From Raillietiella orientalis (lineage: Eukaryota), in NCBI GenBank assembly GCA_036172245.1, contig JAYWIR010000002.1:5704001-5768000 (forward strand): 64,000 nt of DNA. Reading direction: 5' to 3'. Numbering within the stretch: the first letter of the stretch is position 1; each line of letters begins with the position of its first letter. The translations under genes and the position numbers were made by a program. Positions 36,031 through 47,900 of this stretch are shown here, piece after piece. The notes below the pieces were generated by a model. It saw only the letters and a list, made by a program, of their open reading frames with translations. It did no database searches and was not told where the DNA came from.

Positions 36031-39000
36031 CTATTCAGAAATAGAAACTCGTTGATAAACTCTGACTATATATATGTGTATATACGCGAACTCTTCCAAA
36101 AAATGTTTAGAAAGAAATGGCGACCACGTAGAAAAATGACATGGGGATGGATGGGTTTCGAACCACCAATGCATTTTTATTCCTCTGATTTGTTCTTTCT
36201 TTATATCCGATGCACCCTTACTTTTGAAATACTTTTGAAAGGTGACTCGCATTCACGACTGACAGTAAATTTGCGCTGAGACCACCTTTCGAATGCTCCA
36301 TTGAATCACGAGGGATCTCAAAGGAATTCTTCTCGAACGTCACAGGAAATATCTTTTGAGAAGCTGCGACTGTACCTACGGAATGGAAGTACGTTCTCGT
36401 CGCCCCTGGATCGTAACTCGCAACAGCCCGCCTCACTGTGGCTGCTCATTTCGTCGGGATGGTGGCTGTGGAGTAATCAGCAGTTTCTTCGCACTATGGC
36501 ATGGAGATCAATCAGGACATAGCAGTGAAACACAGTGGATCCCCGTATAACGCGGATTCCTATAAGTCTACGAAAGAATCGCTGCAGATGCTCATAAAAC
36601 GCGGTAAATCAGTGCCATACAACGCTGCGGGTGCATTGCAATTTTGTCATACGGATGTCAGTTCTGCTGTTTTTAAAAACAACACCAGCACATCATTCGA
36701 GCAGCCCTGATTCTACTGTGATTGGATTTTTAAGAAAAAAGCAGCAGAAGATGCATTTTCTTAGCAGCGAGGACGGCAGAGCTGAAACTGCGGAACGGTT
36801 TCAATTGACTAAATGTCAACAAAACAGTCAAAGTTGTTTTTTTTTGCTCTCAGTTGCATGGTAGACTTCAGTAGGTTTTTTTCAGTTCTTTTACGCGTTT
36901 GTAGTCAACGGATATTTCACTTTTGTAGAGTTTAAAGAAGCACAGTTTCAAAGCATTTTATCTCGAGCACCGTGGTATTTTCCATAGGGCTCGTATAACG
37001 CGGAACGTGTCTCACGTCATGCCAGGACCCAATGTAGCTGCCGAATCTTCTCCGGGCTGCTTGGAAATTCTCACAAGGAAACGCCTCGAAGGATCTCGGA
37101 TTTTCGGGTGCTGCTTCGAGTTTCCAGGCTTGGTGATTATTCCCAGCGGGACACGGCCACCTGCGGGAAAAAGAGTGTAAGAGTGTAAGAGGCTGCAAAT
37201 CGGAAATCCGGAGGCTGCAAGGCCGCTCCATCTCACGCGACGGGACCTGTAGCTCATTAGTCACTGTAATGAGACTGATTTCGGGGTGGCTCAAGGCCGG
37301 CAAATACGTGGCTCCAAGCGTCCAAGGGATCATCCCAAACCAGACTTTTGGAAAGCAATAAAGACACTTGTCACCTGGGCGGAGAACGAGAGCAGATGCG
37401 TTTCGGTTCTGCCATGGCAACGGCGGTTGATACCACCGGCAATCGCAGTGGCAAGCCACGAAGCAGCCCTTCGTCCTCCTTGAGTGGACACTACTTTTGG
37501 AACGTGGACGTTTCGGGACAAATTCGATGCTCTGGAAAGGCACAGGCGAAATTCGCTTGCCGTGCGGGCCGCATGGATTGAGAGCCATTCGGTTCCGAAA
37601 AAAAGAAGGGGGAGAAGTGGGGAGGAAAGCATCCATCTCTTCCTCTCTGGACCGGAATCTCTCTCCAGGAAAAAGTTCGGGACCGAAAAAACGAGACCTT
37701 CCTCGGGAATCCGTCGATCCCTCAGGAAGCTGCCGCCGGGGCAGCTTCCTGCGGCGGCTTTCCTAAGATCCCTCCCCATGCGGATGCGCGGAAAAAAAAA
37801 AAACAGCTCTCCAGCAACCTCGCCGCCTTCATCCGAAGAGCCGCGCGGGATCCCATGAAGCCGGGACGCAGGGCGAAGCTTTGATTTGCGTAGCCGAAGA
37901 CGGACAGCGGGTGGAGGCGGGAGAGCGACCACGGGCTTTCGTGCGCGCGGCCGCGCTGCTTGCACGAAGGAGGAGTACCTGCTCACTAAGAGCGTGAATC
38001 TCGCCTAGCGGGTGCGCTGAAGCGCCAACGCGCCAACCGCCCGCCGCTTCCCGTGCGGGTGAAACGCCGGCCGCGCGGAGTCGGGAGTCGGAAGGGAGGC
38101 CGATGGACGTCCGTGCCAGCTGTCTCTGCTGTCGGAGTGAGCGTCCGGCAGTTGGAGACTGTACTGCGGGATAGTGGGACAGCCGACTCCGTCTCTGCAC
38201 CAAGCGGCCAGGAGGGAAACTGGGTAAGCGACTCCTTCTTTCGTTGTCCTCTCGTCTTCCGAAGCCCAGGAGTGGGTCTCTCTCCGGCGCGCTTCATTGT
38301 CTCCAAAGCCTGGATGCCACGGGGGCTCCCGGGCACCTGAGAGGGGGTCTCGGCATTTTTCCGTGACACAGCGCTCCTCGGAGTGAGTCGCGCGTTTGGC
38401 ACGGGTGGATGCGAAGGAAACCGGGAGTGTGCGGGCTGCTTTTTTCTCCCTTCCTCTTCTTCCCTGCCGTCTGGTCGACCTTCAGCGTTCGTGAAGCCGT
38501 GGGACGAGCCGCAGCGATTCGGGAGCCGCAGCGCTGGAAGCGTTTTGAGGAGTGCTCCGGGACCGGCGTCGCCGGGGGGGATCCTGGAGCTACGGCTGCT
38601 CGGATCGACGCTCTCGGAACCTGCAGGTCGAAGGTTTCGCTCCGCCGAGAGTGTCCTTCGAGGGGGGGAAGAGGGAAGGGGCACAGAGCCGCCCACGGGG
38701 GCGTGCATTTCGTCAAACCATCTCCAAACGCTCCTCGCAAAACACGGGAGAAGCGGACCACGGGGAACGGGCGAGGAAGCCGAGCTCGCTCCAGGTTGCG
38801 GGTGTTTTCTTCCGTCTCGTGGCAACTACAAGAGGGCTGGGAAAGATGCAGTTCGCTCAGATGAGGATCCGGCACGCGAGGAAAAGCCTTCCGAGGGCGC
38901 GCGGCCTCGCCCTTATTGTTCGCTCGCTCCTGCGGGTCGTACGGTCGCGTGGGACAAGAGCTCAGGATTTGTCTGCTGGGAAAGAACACACGGGCGACCA

Positions 39001-39207
39001 ACTGAGGATCTCAGGGAGTCCATCACGCCTCTGGGTTCGAATCTTTCCTCAGGAAGAGAGGCTGACGGACGGCTTGCGCACGTATCCAGTGACAATCAGG
39101 AAGCCACGGCGACGAGCAAAGAAGGAAGGGAGAGAGTACATTCGCTTCAGGGATCGTGGACCACGTGAACGCGCTCCGGAAAGACAGGATGACGCTACCC
39201 GCGTTGG

Positions 39208-39325
39208 TGGCCGCGTGGCACCAAGCGTCGCGGGTTCGAATCTCACCCGAGGAAGGCTCGACGCTAAGAAGTGTGCTCTGCGGGATTTCGAGCTTCCCCT
39301 CCAGATGACGTTGGCTGGCCTGTAG
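39208..39325 (+). mobile_element. tRNA-headed SINE-like repeat, short copy
   Basis: GGCCGCGTGGCACCAAGCGTCGCGGGTTCGAATCTCACCCGAGGAAG, homologous to the heads at 5790, 42808 and 44495. Confidence 0.65.
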
Positions 39326-40499
39326 GCTGGTTGGCTTTCGAGTATGGCGCTAGTGGAAGCACCTGTTGTTGACTGGCTTCCGGGATTGAAAGTTGACCCA
39401 TCGGGGCTTCCAGCACATTGAGGAACCTGTCCGCTTCGAGGGGCTCCTTTCTGATTGCGAAGAGAGAGCAGTACCATGGGGCTGGCGGTACCCTCCTCGA
39501 GAAATTGTCTCCCCAGAGTTCCAGAAGCGCGCTGCTCCCTTCGGGTAGCGCCCTCCAGAAGGAAGGAAAAAAGGGACGCCGGTCACTTCCTCATTGCTTA
39601 TTCAGTGGAGATCCGTATGTGAAAGAGGAGATGCAGGATGAGTAGAGATTTGGCTCCACGACGCCAACCGTGCTTTTTTTTTTTTTTTGGTTTCGGAACT
39701 GTGTGTCAGCGCTCGGGAACGTGGAGGAGGAGGAGGCTGGGCGTCAGCAGGCGTTCGAGTGAGGGATTCGTGAGAGGAAGGAAGGGGGAAGACGATCAAA
39801 GGATGCGCGCCCGTAGGGTGATTCGAAATTTCCAATTTCATCCGAGGAAAATTCTCTGCTTCCGGAAAAAGCGGCTTCATCTGATGGAAACATTCCTCTG
39901 AACCTCTTCCCTGCCACCTCTTGTCCCCCTCCTCCCCTCCTCCCCAACCCCTGATCACGCATCGCGAACCTCTACATCCGATGATTCGATTACATTATGT
40001 ATGGAGATGGCAAAATTACAAGGGGGGGACCAATGGGAACACGCAAGCCCGGCAAGGGATTCAGCACCGCTGAGATGCCCTCTGGCCGCTCGCTTCGCTG
40101 CGTCTATCGGTGTAGGTCCTAGACCCCGCGCCTTTAGCTGGCCGCGTGCCCTTTGCCGCTTCCTGGTTGCGTTTCCGCATCGGCAGGGCGCCGGAGGAGT
40201 GGAGCGACACCGCCACTCAGCTTTGGTGAACATCGGTAGAAGCGCAGAGATCCGGTGCGAGAGCTGACGCCACTTTTCCGACAGGTTCCACAGAGTCAAA
40301 AAGTCGTCGATGGCGCATCCATCATCTCGAGCTAAATTGGTGCGAGATTTCTCATCCGGCCTAGTACCACCTAGGAACGAGGGTCAGGTGGAATTTGACG
40401 GCCGCCCGGTTGCGCTGGGGGCGTCTCGCAAGGAAAGCGGAGGTGCGGCAGCCGGTGCTACCACTTCCAAAAACATTGGAGTGAATACCGCGGCATGCC

Positions 40500-40950
40500 C
40501 AGCGGTGTAGAGTCCGCTTCGGTAGCAGGAAGGGAAGGGCAGACAAACAGAAAAGAAAAAAAATAAATAAATAAATTAAAGACATGAAAAAGAAAGGCGG
40601 GGCAAGGGGTCACTGTCTGTTGAGGGGCGTTCCTCTTCATCCTCTGAAGGAAACCGGCAAGTTCCAGCCGAATGCTCCCACGAACAAGTCACCCTGTTGC
40701 GATCCCAAAGAAGCGAGCAGTGAAGCCCTTCCAATGGCCCCCATGTTGTCTCCGTGACCTTCTCCGGCTGCGCGCCAGGCCGCCGCCACGGTCCCACAGA
40801 AGCAGCCAGCAGCTGCTAACGGGACGCGGCCGGCGGCGGCGGTGTGTCGCACAAGAAGCAGAGGAGGCGTTTCACACCACGTCTCCGGGATTGTCCCCCG
40901 GGGGATCAGGAGAGCCGGAGGGCAGCACGGCCCGCGGAATGGGAGGGATC
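40500..40950. repeat. Dispersed repeat, copy A (homologous to 43090-43550)
   Basis: Shared ordered blocks AGACAAACA-A-rich tract, TCACTGT, GTTCCTCT.CATCC, CCGGCAAG, GCTGCTAA..GCGGCCGG, GAGGCG.TTTCA, CCGGAGG. Confidence 0.6.
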
Positions 40951-42807
40951 CTCTATTTCTGAGTACCTCGCGCACTGTCCGGGCCCGCACTGCCCCGAGC
41001 GCACGTCGAGCGGGCTCGACACGATGCGGACGATTCCTTCCGCAGTCTCCTTGGGCACCTCGCCCGAGAGTTCCACGTTCGAAGATCGAGAGACGGAGGA
41101 GGACCCGGCTGTCCTGGCCTTGGTGGGTTCCGTGGTCGTGTTGATCCCGAAACTCTTCCCTGGTCACCTCGACGGTTGGGGCAGTCGAATTCCGCGCAGA
41201 TGCAACGCGGTCACCCCGTGATGTCCGCCCGCCGAGTTCGGCCTCATCCACAGAGGGAGCCTTGCCGAGCGAGATGCTCCATTTGTCCTAAGGACAGCCT
41301 CAGAGGGTGAGAATCCCCGCCAAGGAGAGGGGCAAAGGGACCTGACATGACTCGGCGCATGATGTCCCCCGCGGACAGCAAGGTATTTCGACGCTGCGGA
41401 GAAGCCAAAGACGCCGGCGTCGGCACCAGAGTTAACGGCAAGACCTACGCGAGTATGAACGAGGGGGAAGGAGGGGGCACTTGAAGGGAACGCGTCTCCC
41501 TATCCTTTCCCAGCCCCCTTTACTTCGCGGTGCTTTCCTTCGCCTTCCGCGTCTCGAAGGAAACTTCGAGCCGTTTCACCTTTGCCCCCCAGGTCAGCTG
41601 CCAATAAAAGCCCCGTACCAGCGAAATCTCGAATGACCATGGATAAAATGAACACATTCATGTAAGCAACAATGTGGAAATTAATGTTTATCATGAATAT
41701 ACATGTTTATCACATACATCAATATTTATGGATGATATATGTGTACATGTAAAGGTATATATTTATTTATTATAATCTTTAATGCCTATCGACAAGTTAT
41801 TAATCTTATTGACAAAATGTGTCACTGAATTCTAATAAATACATACGTTCCAATAATATGTCTGCTAATAATACCACATTAATGAATATGGATAGCTATG
41901 TTTCAGATATATTTCGCATAGTGACGTATGTAGAATGAGCATATGGGTGTTTGTTTTTTCCGTGACCTTTCGGGATTTGGAGGCTGACCCGGCAAGGTGG
42001 CGGTTCCGCTGGCGCTTGCGACGTTCAGCTGCGGCTTGGAAGGGCCATTCGAAGGGGGTGCCTGCTCCTCCCCGGCTGGGTCGAAGAGGGCGAACCGAAG
42101 TTTTTCTGGGGACACTTCGAGTAGGGTTCCGCGCGTGCGTTCCAGGTGGCAGCCCTCGAACATGGCCGGTGGACAAACTGACGGGATAGCTGAAGAAAAG
42201 CAATGCAATCGGAGAGAAGATCCATGCTTGGCAAAGACGGCGTGCAGCAGCTTTCCGTCCAGTGGCTTCGAAGGATTTGATGATGCAAATGGGGGTGGAA
42301 TATAGGGGAGGGGGTTGTTTCTCCCGCCACCCTTCAAAGACCTGGTTGCGTATTCCTCTCTGGTCAAAGCAAACGTCTCTCGATGCATGCCAAAGTGACG
42401 GGGGATAAGGTCCAAAAAAGAAAAATCGACTCTTTCGTTCCATTCATCTTCCTTATTGAGTTTGGTGACGCTCAGGAGTTGCACGACTCGGCGCGAGCAG
42501 GGAATTCGCTGCTACGGAGCCACAGGGGAAGATGCAGCGTCCAGCTCTCCAGGAAGGCAGTGTGTGGTGTTTTCACGTGTCCGTGTTTCTTGCGTCTGCA
42601 ATGCGGGAGAGTGCCCTGAAGTGCTTGCTGTAAAATGGCAAAGAAGAACGAAGCGTTCACCTCACTCACAGATGCTGGTTCCCGGATCCAGGTTGAGATA
42701 ATCGGGAATTTTCGCATGAATGGACCCACAGAGGGTTCACGGACTTTCCGCTCTTTTAGTAGGGTTGCGAAATCATCCAGCCGAGCTTCAGTGGGTCCTC
42801 GTCATTA

Positions 42808-42975
42808 GCGGCCGCGTGGCTGTGGTCTCCGCGTGTGGGATACTAAGCATTGCGGGTTCGAATCCCACCCGGGGAAGAATCGACTCTGAGAAGGGGGGGG
42901 TTCATCGTTGGTTTCGGGTTCCCCCCGCGCGACGACGCTGATTGGCCTTCATTCGGGTGCGGCACTGGTTGACTT
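42808..42975 (+). mobile_element. tRNA-headed SINE-like repeat
   Basis: GGCCGCGTGGC (A-box-like) and GCGGGTTCGAATCCC (B box 42855-42865), then TTCGGGTTCC..TTGGC..TGCGGCACTGGT shared with other copies. Confidence 0.7.
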
Positions 42976-43089
42976 CCAATCAAGCCGGGACGTTTCTTTA
43001 TAAAATAAGCATACACGTAGGTGGCAAGACGTTTGATCCTGCCAGTAAATTATAACTACGAGAAGGAACCTAACCTGTCGGGAACTGGC

Positions 43090-43550
43090 ACGCAGGGCAG
43101 CGGGGTTTGCCTCGGCAGCACAGGAAAAAGGGAGACAAACAAAAAGAAAAAAATAAAACAAAAAATATACAGTCAAAAAATGGAGGCGGGGGGGGGGAAG
43201 GTTCCGGGGAGCGATCACTGTATGCTGGAGGGTTCCTCTGCATCCTTGTAAGGATGCCGGCAAGCTCCTGTTTTATGGCACCCATCTTGACGCTGTCCTC
43301 ATGGAGAGGACAACAAGATAGGAGGCGTCCCTGTTCTTGCCTCCTCTGGAGTTGCTCAATGCAGCCACAGTCCCGTCGAGTGGGCAGCAAAGTGCTGCTA
43401 AGGATGCGGCCGGAGTGAGGACGTCTCACAGGAAGAGGCGCTTTCAAACATTTGTAGCGTTGCCGCCGGGGGTTCCAGGGGTCTCGGCAAAGCGTCACCA
43501 AAGGGACCGGAGGACAACACAGCCCACTAGGAGATACGGGGGGGATTCTC
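43090..43550. repeat. Dispersed repeat, copy B (homologous to 40500-40950)
   Basis: Same block order as copy A. Confidence 0.6.
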
Positions 43551-44494
43551 GCTCCCCGCATCTTGCACAGTTTGGATCCAACACACCCGTGTCCAATGAT
43601 GCCGGCGGGCGTTGCACGGGAAGGTCCAGTGCATCAGCATCAACGCCGACTCCTGCCCCTTTAAGGGGAGGGTGCGGGTACGACACCGATGGGGGCCGGA
43701 AACCGGTTTCCCCCTTTGACCTTCAGGGATCCCTCCAAGAATCAAGGAGGCCTTCGGGGTTCTCCCCGGTTACGAAAATGGAGCCTCCCTTCGAAGGGGA
43801 TCCTTTATCGCGCCAAAAGCTCCAGAAGAGCGCAACGGGTCCTTGTCTTCCCACAGATCTTACTCCGGCTGGTCATGTGTTTGCGATCTCCTCTGTAGCA
43901 CTGGTCTCGGATTCCAAGAGCACAGCAGAGTTCCTCGTGGTGAATCCGAAGAGCAAAAGGACGGAAAAAATTAGAGGAAACGAGATTCCTTGAGAAGGAC
44001 TTCAAGGAAGATTCTATGTAGCAAACGTAGTCTCAGCAGAGGCACATTGGAAAGCCGTGATTGTCCGCTCTCGGTCAGAGGCAGTAGCAGCTTCTTGTCA
44101 GAGTCAGATGAAGTGTCCTGCTAGTGTCTATCCTGCTTTCTGTTCGATGCTGGGCTTCCGTGTTGCGTTTCCCGAGGGCCTGACAGGGGAATCAGCCGCC
44201 GCCTCGATCCACCACGGGTTCTCGGAGTAGTTTTCTTGAACAAAGAGTCTCTCGAATTCCGAAACTCCACCACTGACTTCTACGTGACAAGAGAACAGAG
44301 AGTTGTTTTTTATATCACTTTTCCGTGGAGAGCAAGAATCTCGATATATCTTTATGAGAGGAGAAACCACAATTCCCGCATCTTAGCGAGGCGAGGTGAA
44401 ACTCCGGTCAGATTCCAAGTGGAGAACCTTCATCTTCACAGCATATGAAACTTGGCACAAGGGGCGGTGCCCGCATCGGAGACTTTTTGGTTAC

Positions 44495-45155
44495 GGTGGT
44501 CTCCGCGCGTGGCATCACCAAGCATCGCGGGTTCGCATACTCGGAAAGAATCCATGTCGAGAGCTGAGGGGTGCGTCGCACGTTCGGGTTCCTCCTGCAA
44601 GATGGAGCTGGTTGGCTCACATTCATTCAGTTGCGGCACTGGTAGCGATTCAAACCGGATATCCCCGATGAGGGCCGGGACAATGGGAAGTCGACCTCCG
44701 GGTACTTCCAAGAATCAAGGAGTGAGGAGTTCCCCCTCCAGCTGTGCAAAGGAGAGCTGACTCCCCAGGGTGGGCGACCCCTTCGGTTCATTCAGATGGA
44801 GTAGATGTGTCGCCACCTCTCCAGATGTTGAAGGAGCGGATCCTCCATTCCGCGGGGGCCCTCCAAGTTCTACTGATGGAGTTGGTGTGTAGCAACCTCT
44901 CCAGAGAGTGCAGAGAAGCGAGCCGATCCCTTTGGGGAGTTCCAAGCCTCTGAGAGGATTCGGAAGCGTCCCTTCGGGGTTTTCTTCAGAGTGAACAGGA
45001 GCAGTTCCCTTGCGGGTTCCTTCCGGAGGAGAAATTCCTATTAACGGATGCTTTCCGGTTCCCTTCGGAGAAGAAAAATAGAGTGAACCTTCTCCAAGGG
45101 GTCCCTCCGGAGAGAATAAGGAAGGAGATTCCCTTCGGGGTTCCTCTTCAGAGAC
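44495..45155 (+). mobile_element. tRNA-headed SINE-like repeat, long copy
   Basis: GTGGTCTCCGCG..AAGCATCGCGGGTTCG head plus the same body blocks as 5790-6330. Confidence 0.7.
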
Positions 45156-45565
45156 AATCAGTGTGGAGGTGATCTCCATTCCGGGGATCCTTCCACAGGC
45201 ATCGCAAGAGGAACGGACTCCATTCCTTTCCTGGAATCATAGGGCCGAACCCTCCAAAATACCTCCCATCTTGAAGCATAACACGCACCCTCGGGTGGCG
45301 TGGAGCAGTGTGAAGGAGCTGCGTGAGCCTCCTCCAGGGGCGCGACGGCTCTTGAGCTACTCAGAGAACCAAAAACAAAACCCGAAAAAAAAAAAAAAGC
45401 TGGAAAAGAAGCAGCGAAGACAGAAAAAGAACTCAAGGAATTGCCATCCTCCTTCCGATCCACAAGCGGTGGCACAAGGTAGCTACCACATGTTGGGAAT
45501 ATCAGGGATGGTTGCCTCGGGCGTCTTCATGATGGCCACCGAGGAGCTGTCCTCAAGACAGCTCC

Positions 45566-45747
45566 AGCCTCGCACCGAAGGAGTCAAGTCGGAACTGACC
45601 TCGGCTTACGAAAACACTGCCTTCTTCAAGCAGCAGCAGGAGCTTTTGTGTGTCCGCGTGTCCGCAACTCGGCGACAAGGGGACACCTGAAGCGAGCGAA
45701 GGGTCCGTTTGCGGGGACCACGAAACTTTCTCAAGAAGGGATGCTGC
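45566..45747 (+). repeat. ~180-bp dispersed repeat, copy A (pairs with 49979-50162)
   Basis: CACCGAAGGAG.CAAGTCGGAACTG.CCTCGGCT ... GAAGGGTCCGTTTGCGGG.ACCACGAAACTTTCTCAAGA is present in both copies. Confidence 0.85.
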
Positions 45748-46969
45748 GAAAAGTTGCGCCTCGAAACAAGGCGTGGAATTTCGAGCAGGGGAATGGATCA
45801 TTCTTTCTCGAATCTGCTCTTCGCAGAGGAAGGCGGTGGGTGCGTGGGAGGGGGACGTTCTGGGAATGACGATCAATTCCTGCTGCATGTACCTCCCTCC
45901 GCCCCCCACTCCAAGGACGACGCGCATTCGGAAGATATGCGCGCACATCGGGACACGCGTTTTCCGTGGAACGGGAGTTGAAATCTTCAAGGGAAGAAGA
46001 GGAGCTGGCTCCGAAGACTGGAACATGAGATGCAAATTCAGCTCGTAATCTCCGAGGTGTCTCCGCGAGTCACCGTAAGGCGAAACGTCTCAATGAACTG
46101 CAAACGCATTCCGATAAGCTGCGACTCCTCGCTGTTCCTCATCTACAAGCCGCGCATGTCCCATCAGCCGCGTTGAGATGCGCGCATGCAACCCTCAGGG
46201 GAGAAGGGGGGTCCAGAAACTCGCTCCATCCTGCTGCTCGAGACTCAGGACATCCGCGACACCAAATCATCGGATGTGACTCTCCATTTGAGTTTGAATT
46301 GCTAATTATCCTGCAGGAAGACGAACGGGACGCGCTCCTTGTTTGTTGACTTCACGGGAGCGTCGAGTGGCAGCAGCGGCAAAATCGTTCTCTGCAAGAG
46401 CGGTCTGCTCTCTTCTCGAGCAGGGATCGAGCGATGGTGATACTGATGTGGGAGCGCCGTGCTCAAAGTCCGGTTCTCGCCCCCAGGCGAAATTGGAGGT
46501 GGAAACGTTGTAGAAAACCGGAGTGTGCTCACGTGGCACTTGAGGGTAGGAAAGGGGAGAGTTCCAACGGGTGCTGAAATTACCAGTTAGCGTGCAGCTC
46601 CTCTTGCGCAGCGGAGTGCACTTCTTGCGACCTGATAGGAGAGGTGGCTGCATTCTTTTCTGCTTTCGCTGCTTTCCTTCCAGCTTTTTCGAGTTTTCTT
46701 TTGTCCTTTTTTTTGGTTCGCAAGAAGTGCTGAAAAACCGCTCGTCTCTTATTGGGGTGGATGTGGCTCACGAAGTCCTTTGACACCGTCCACGCCACCC
46801 GAAAGAGCGTGTGCCTAACTCTTCAAGTTAGGGGGCACCCACCCTTTGAATCCAGGAAGACTCCGGAGGGAGGAGTCCGTTCCTCTCACGTTCGGGAGGG
46901 GGGAGCCCAGAAGGGAACTTCTTTCTCACTCTTTCCGAAGGCGGAAAGGTTTACCGGTTTGTAAGGGCC

Positions 46970-47356
46970 ATTCCAGTGTTTCTTCTCCGAAGGAAACCCA
47001 AAAAGGATGCTCTCCTTGTTTCTTCCTCTTCTGAAGAGAACCCCGAAGAGACGCTTCCAGATTTTCCCTGGAGGGTTGCTCCCCGAAAGGCGCGCTTCTT
47101 CGACACTGGAGAAATGGCAATTTATCAAGTCCATGGTGAGAGATGGAGGGCGTCTCCAGGGAAGGGAGGGTACCACCGCCATGTTTTCGTAACCGGTAGA
47201 AACCCCCAAAGAGAATCGGCTCCTCGATTCTGATTCCTGGAAAGACTACCAGTCCCGGCCACTCATCTGGGACATCCGGCTCTTCAGTTTCCACCAGTGC
47301 CGCACCTAAATATCGGGCCAACCAGCTCCACCCCTGCAGGGGGAACTCGGAACCCA
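46970..47356 (-). mobile_element. Headless inverted copy of the SINE-like body
   Basis: Reverse complement gives GTTCCCCCTGCAGGGGTGGAGCTGGTTGGC..GTGCGGCACTGGT, GGAAGCGTCTCTTCGGGGTTCTCTTCAGA and CCTTCGGAGAAGAA, matching 44586-45075. Confidence 0.7.
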
Positions 47357-47449
47357 CGGCACCTATTACTCTACTAACGAGATGCAGCTTAAGCAGCATC
47401 GCTAAGACCCCCTTCACGCTGAGTTCCTCTGCAGTTGCGTCTGGAAGAG

Positions 47450-47900
47450 GCCATAGGTCTTCATAGGTCATTTGTAACGAAGTACACGGGATAAGCACCG
47501 CTGATGCAATGGCAGCGGTTGTGCCTCGAGAGAAAAAGATCGCTATCGAACATGCTTGTTTACGAATGGTGCTCCAGGGGTGTAATCTACGCTGTCTGAT
47601 TGTCCTCTCCATCGATCGCATTTGCCCTCGACTCGTGGAGGCAATCTCGCGACAGATTATTCCTGAATTCGTGCAGGAACTCCATTCGCGAAGTGGGTTG
47701 ACTATCCCGAATTTTGGAACCATATATTCTGCCTACTGACTGGATCCTGGTATTGCATTTCGATTTGTCTGCGCCCTTGTACATACGGAGTCGCTCGTAC
47801 ATGGAAGCATGCCCGAAGTGCGCAAACATGTCTGACTGCGACTCCAAGGACGAGAGCCTGGTAGAGCAATGAAAACTCTGACTTTCTGCCAAGAGTGCCC
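47450..47900 (-). mobile_element. Possible highly decayed Gypsy-like integrase remnant
   Basis: AHFGHASMYERLRMY..C and PTSRMEFLHEF loosely match the integrase zinc-binding and PxRPxExLHxDF blocks; heavily frameshifted. Confidence 0.25.

Noticed and set aside
42808..42875. tRNA genes at the GGTTCGAATCC sites
   Set aside because: No complete cloverleaf or anticodon arm; each site continues into a shared repeat body, so they are treated as SINE heads.
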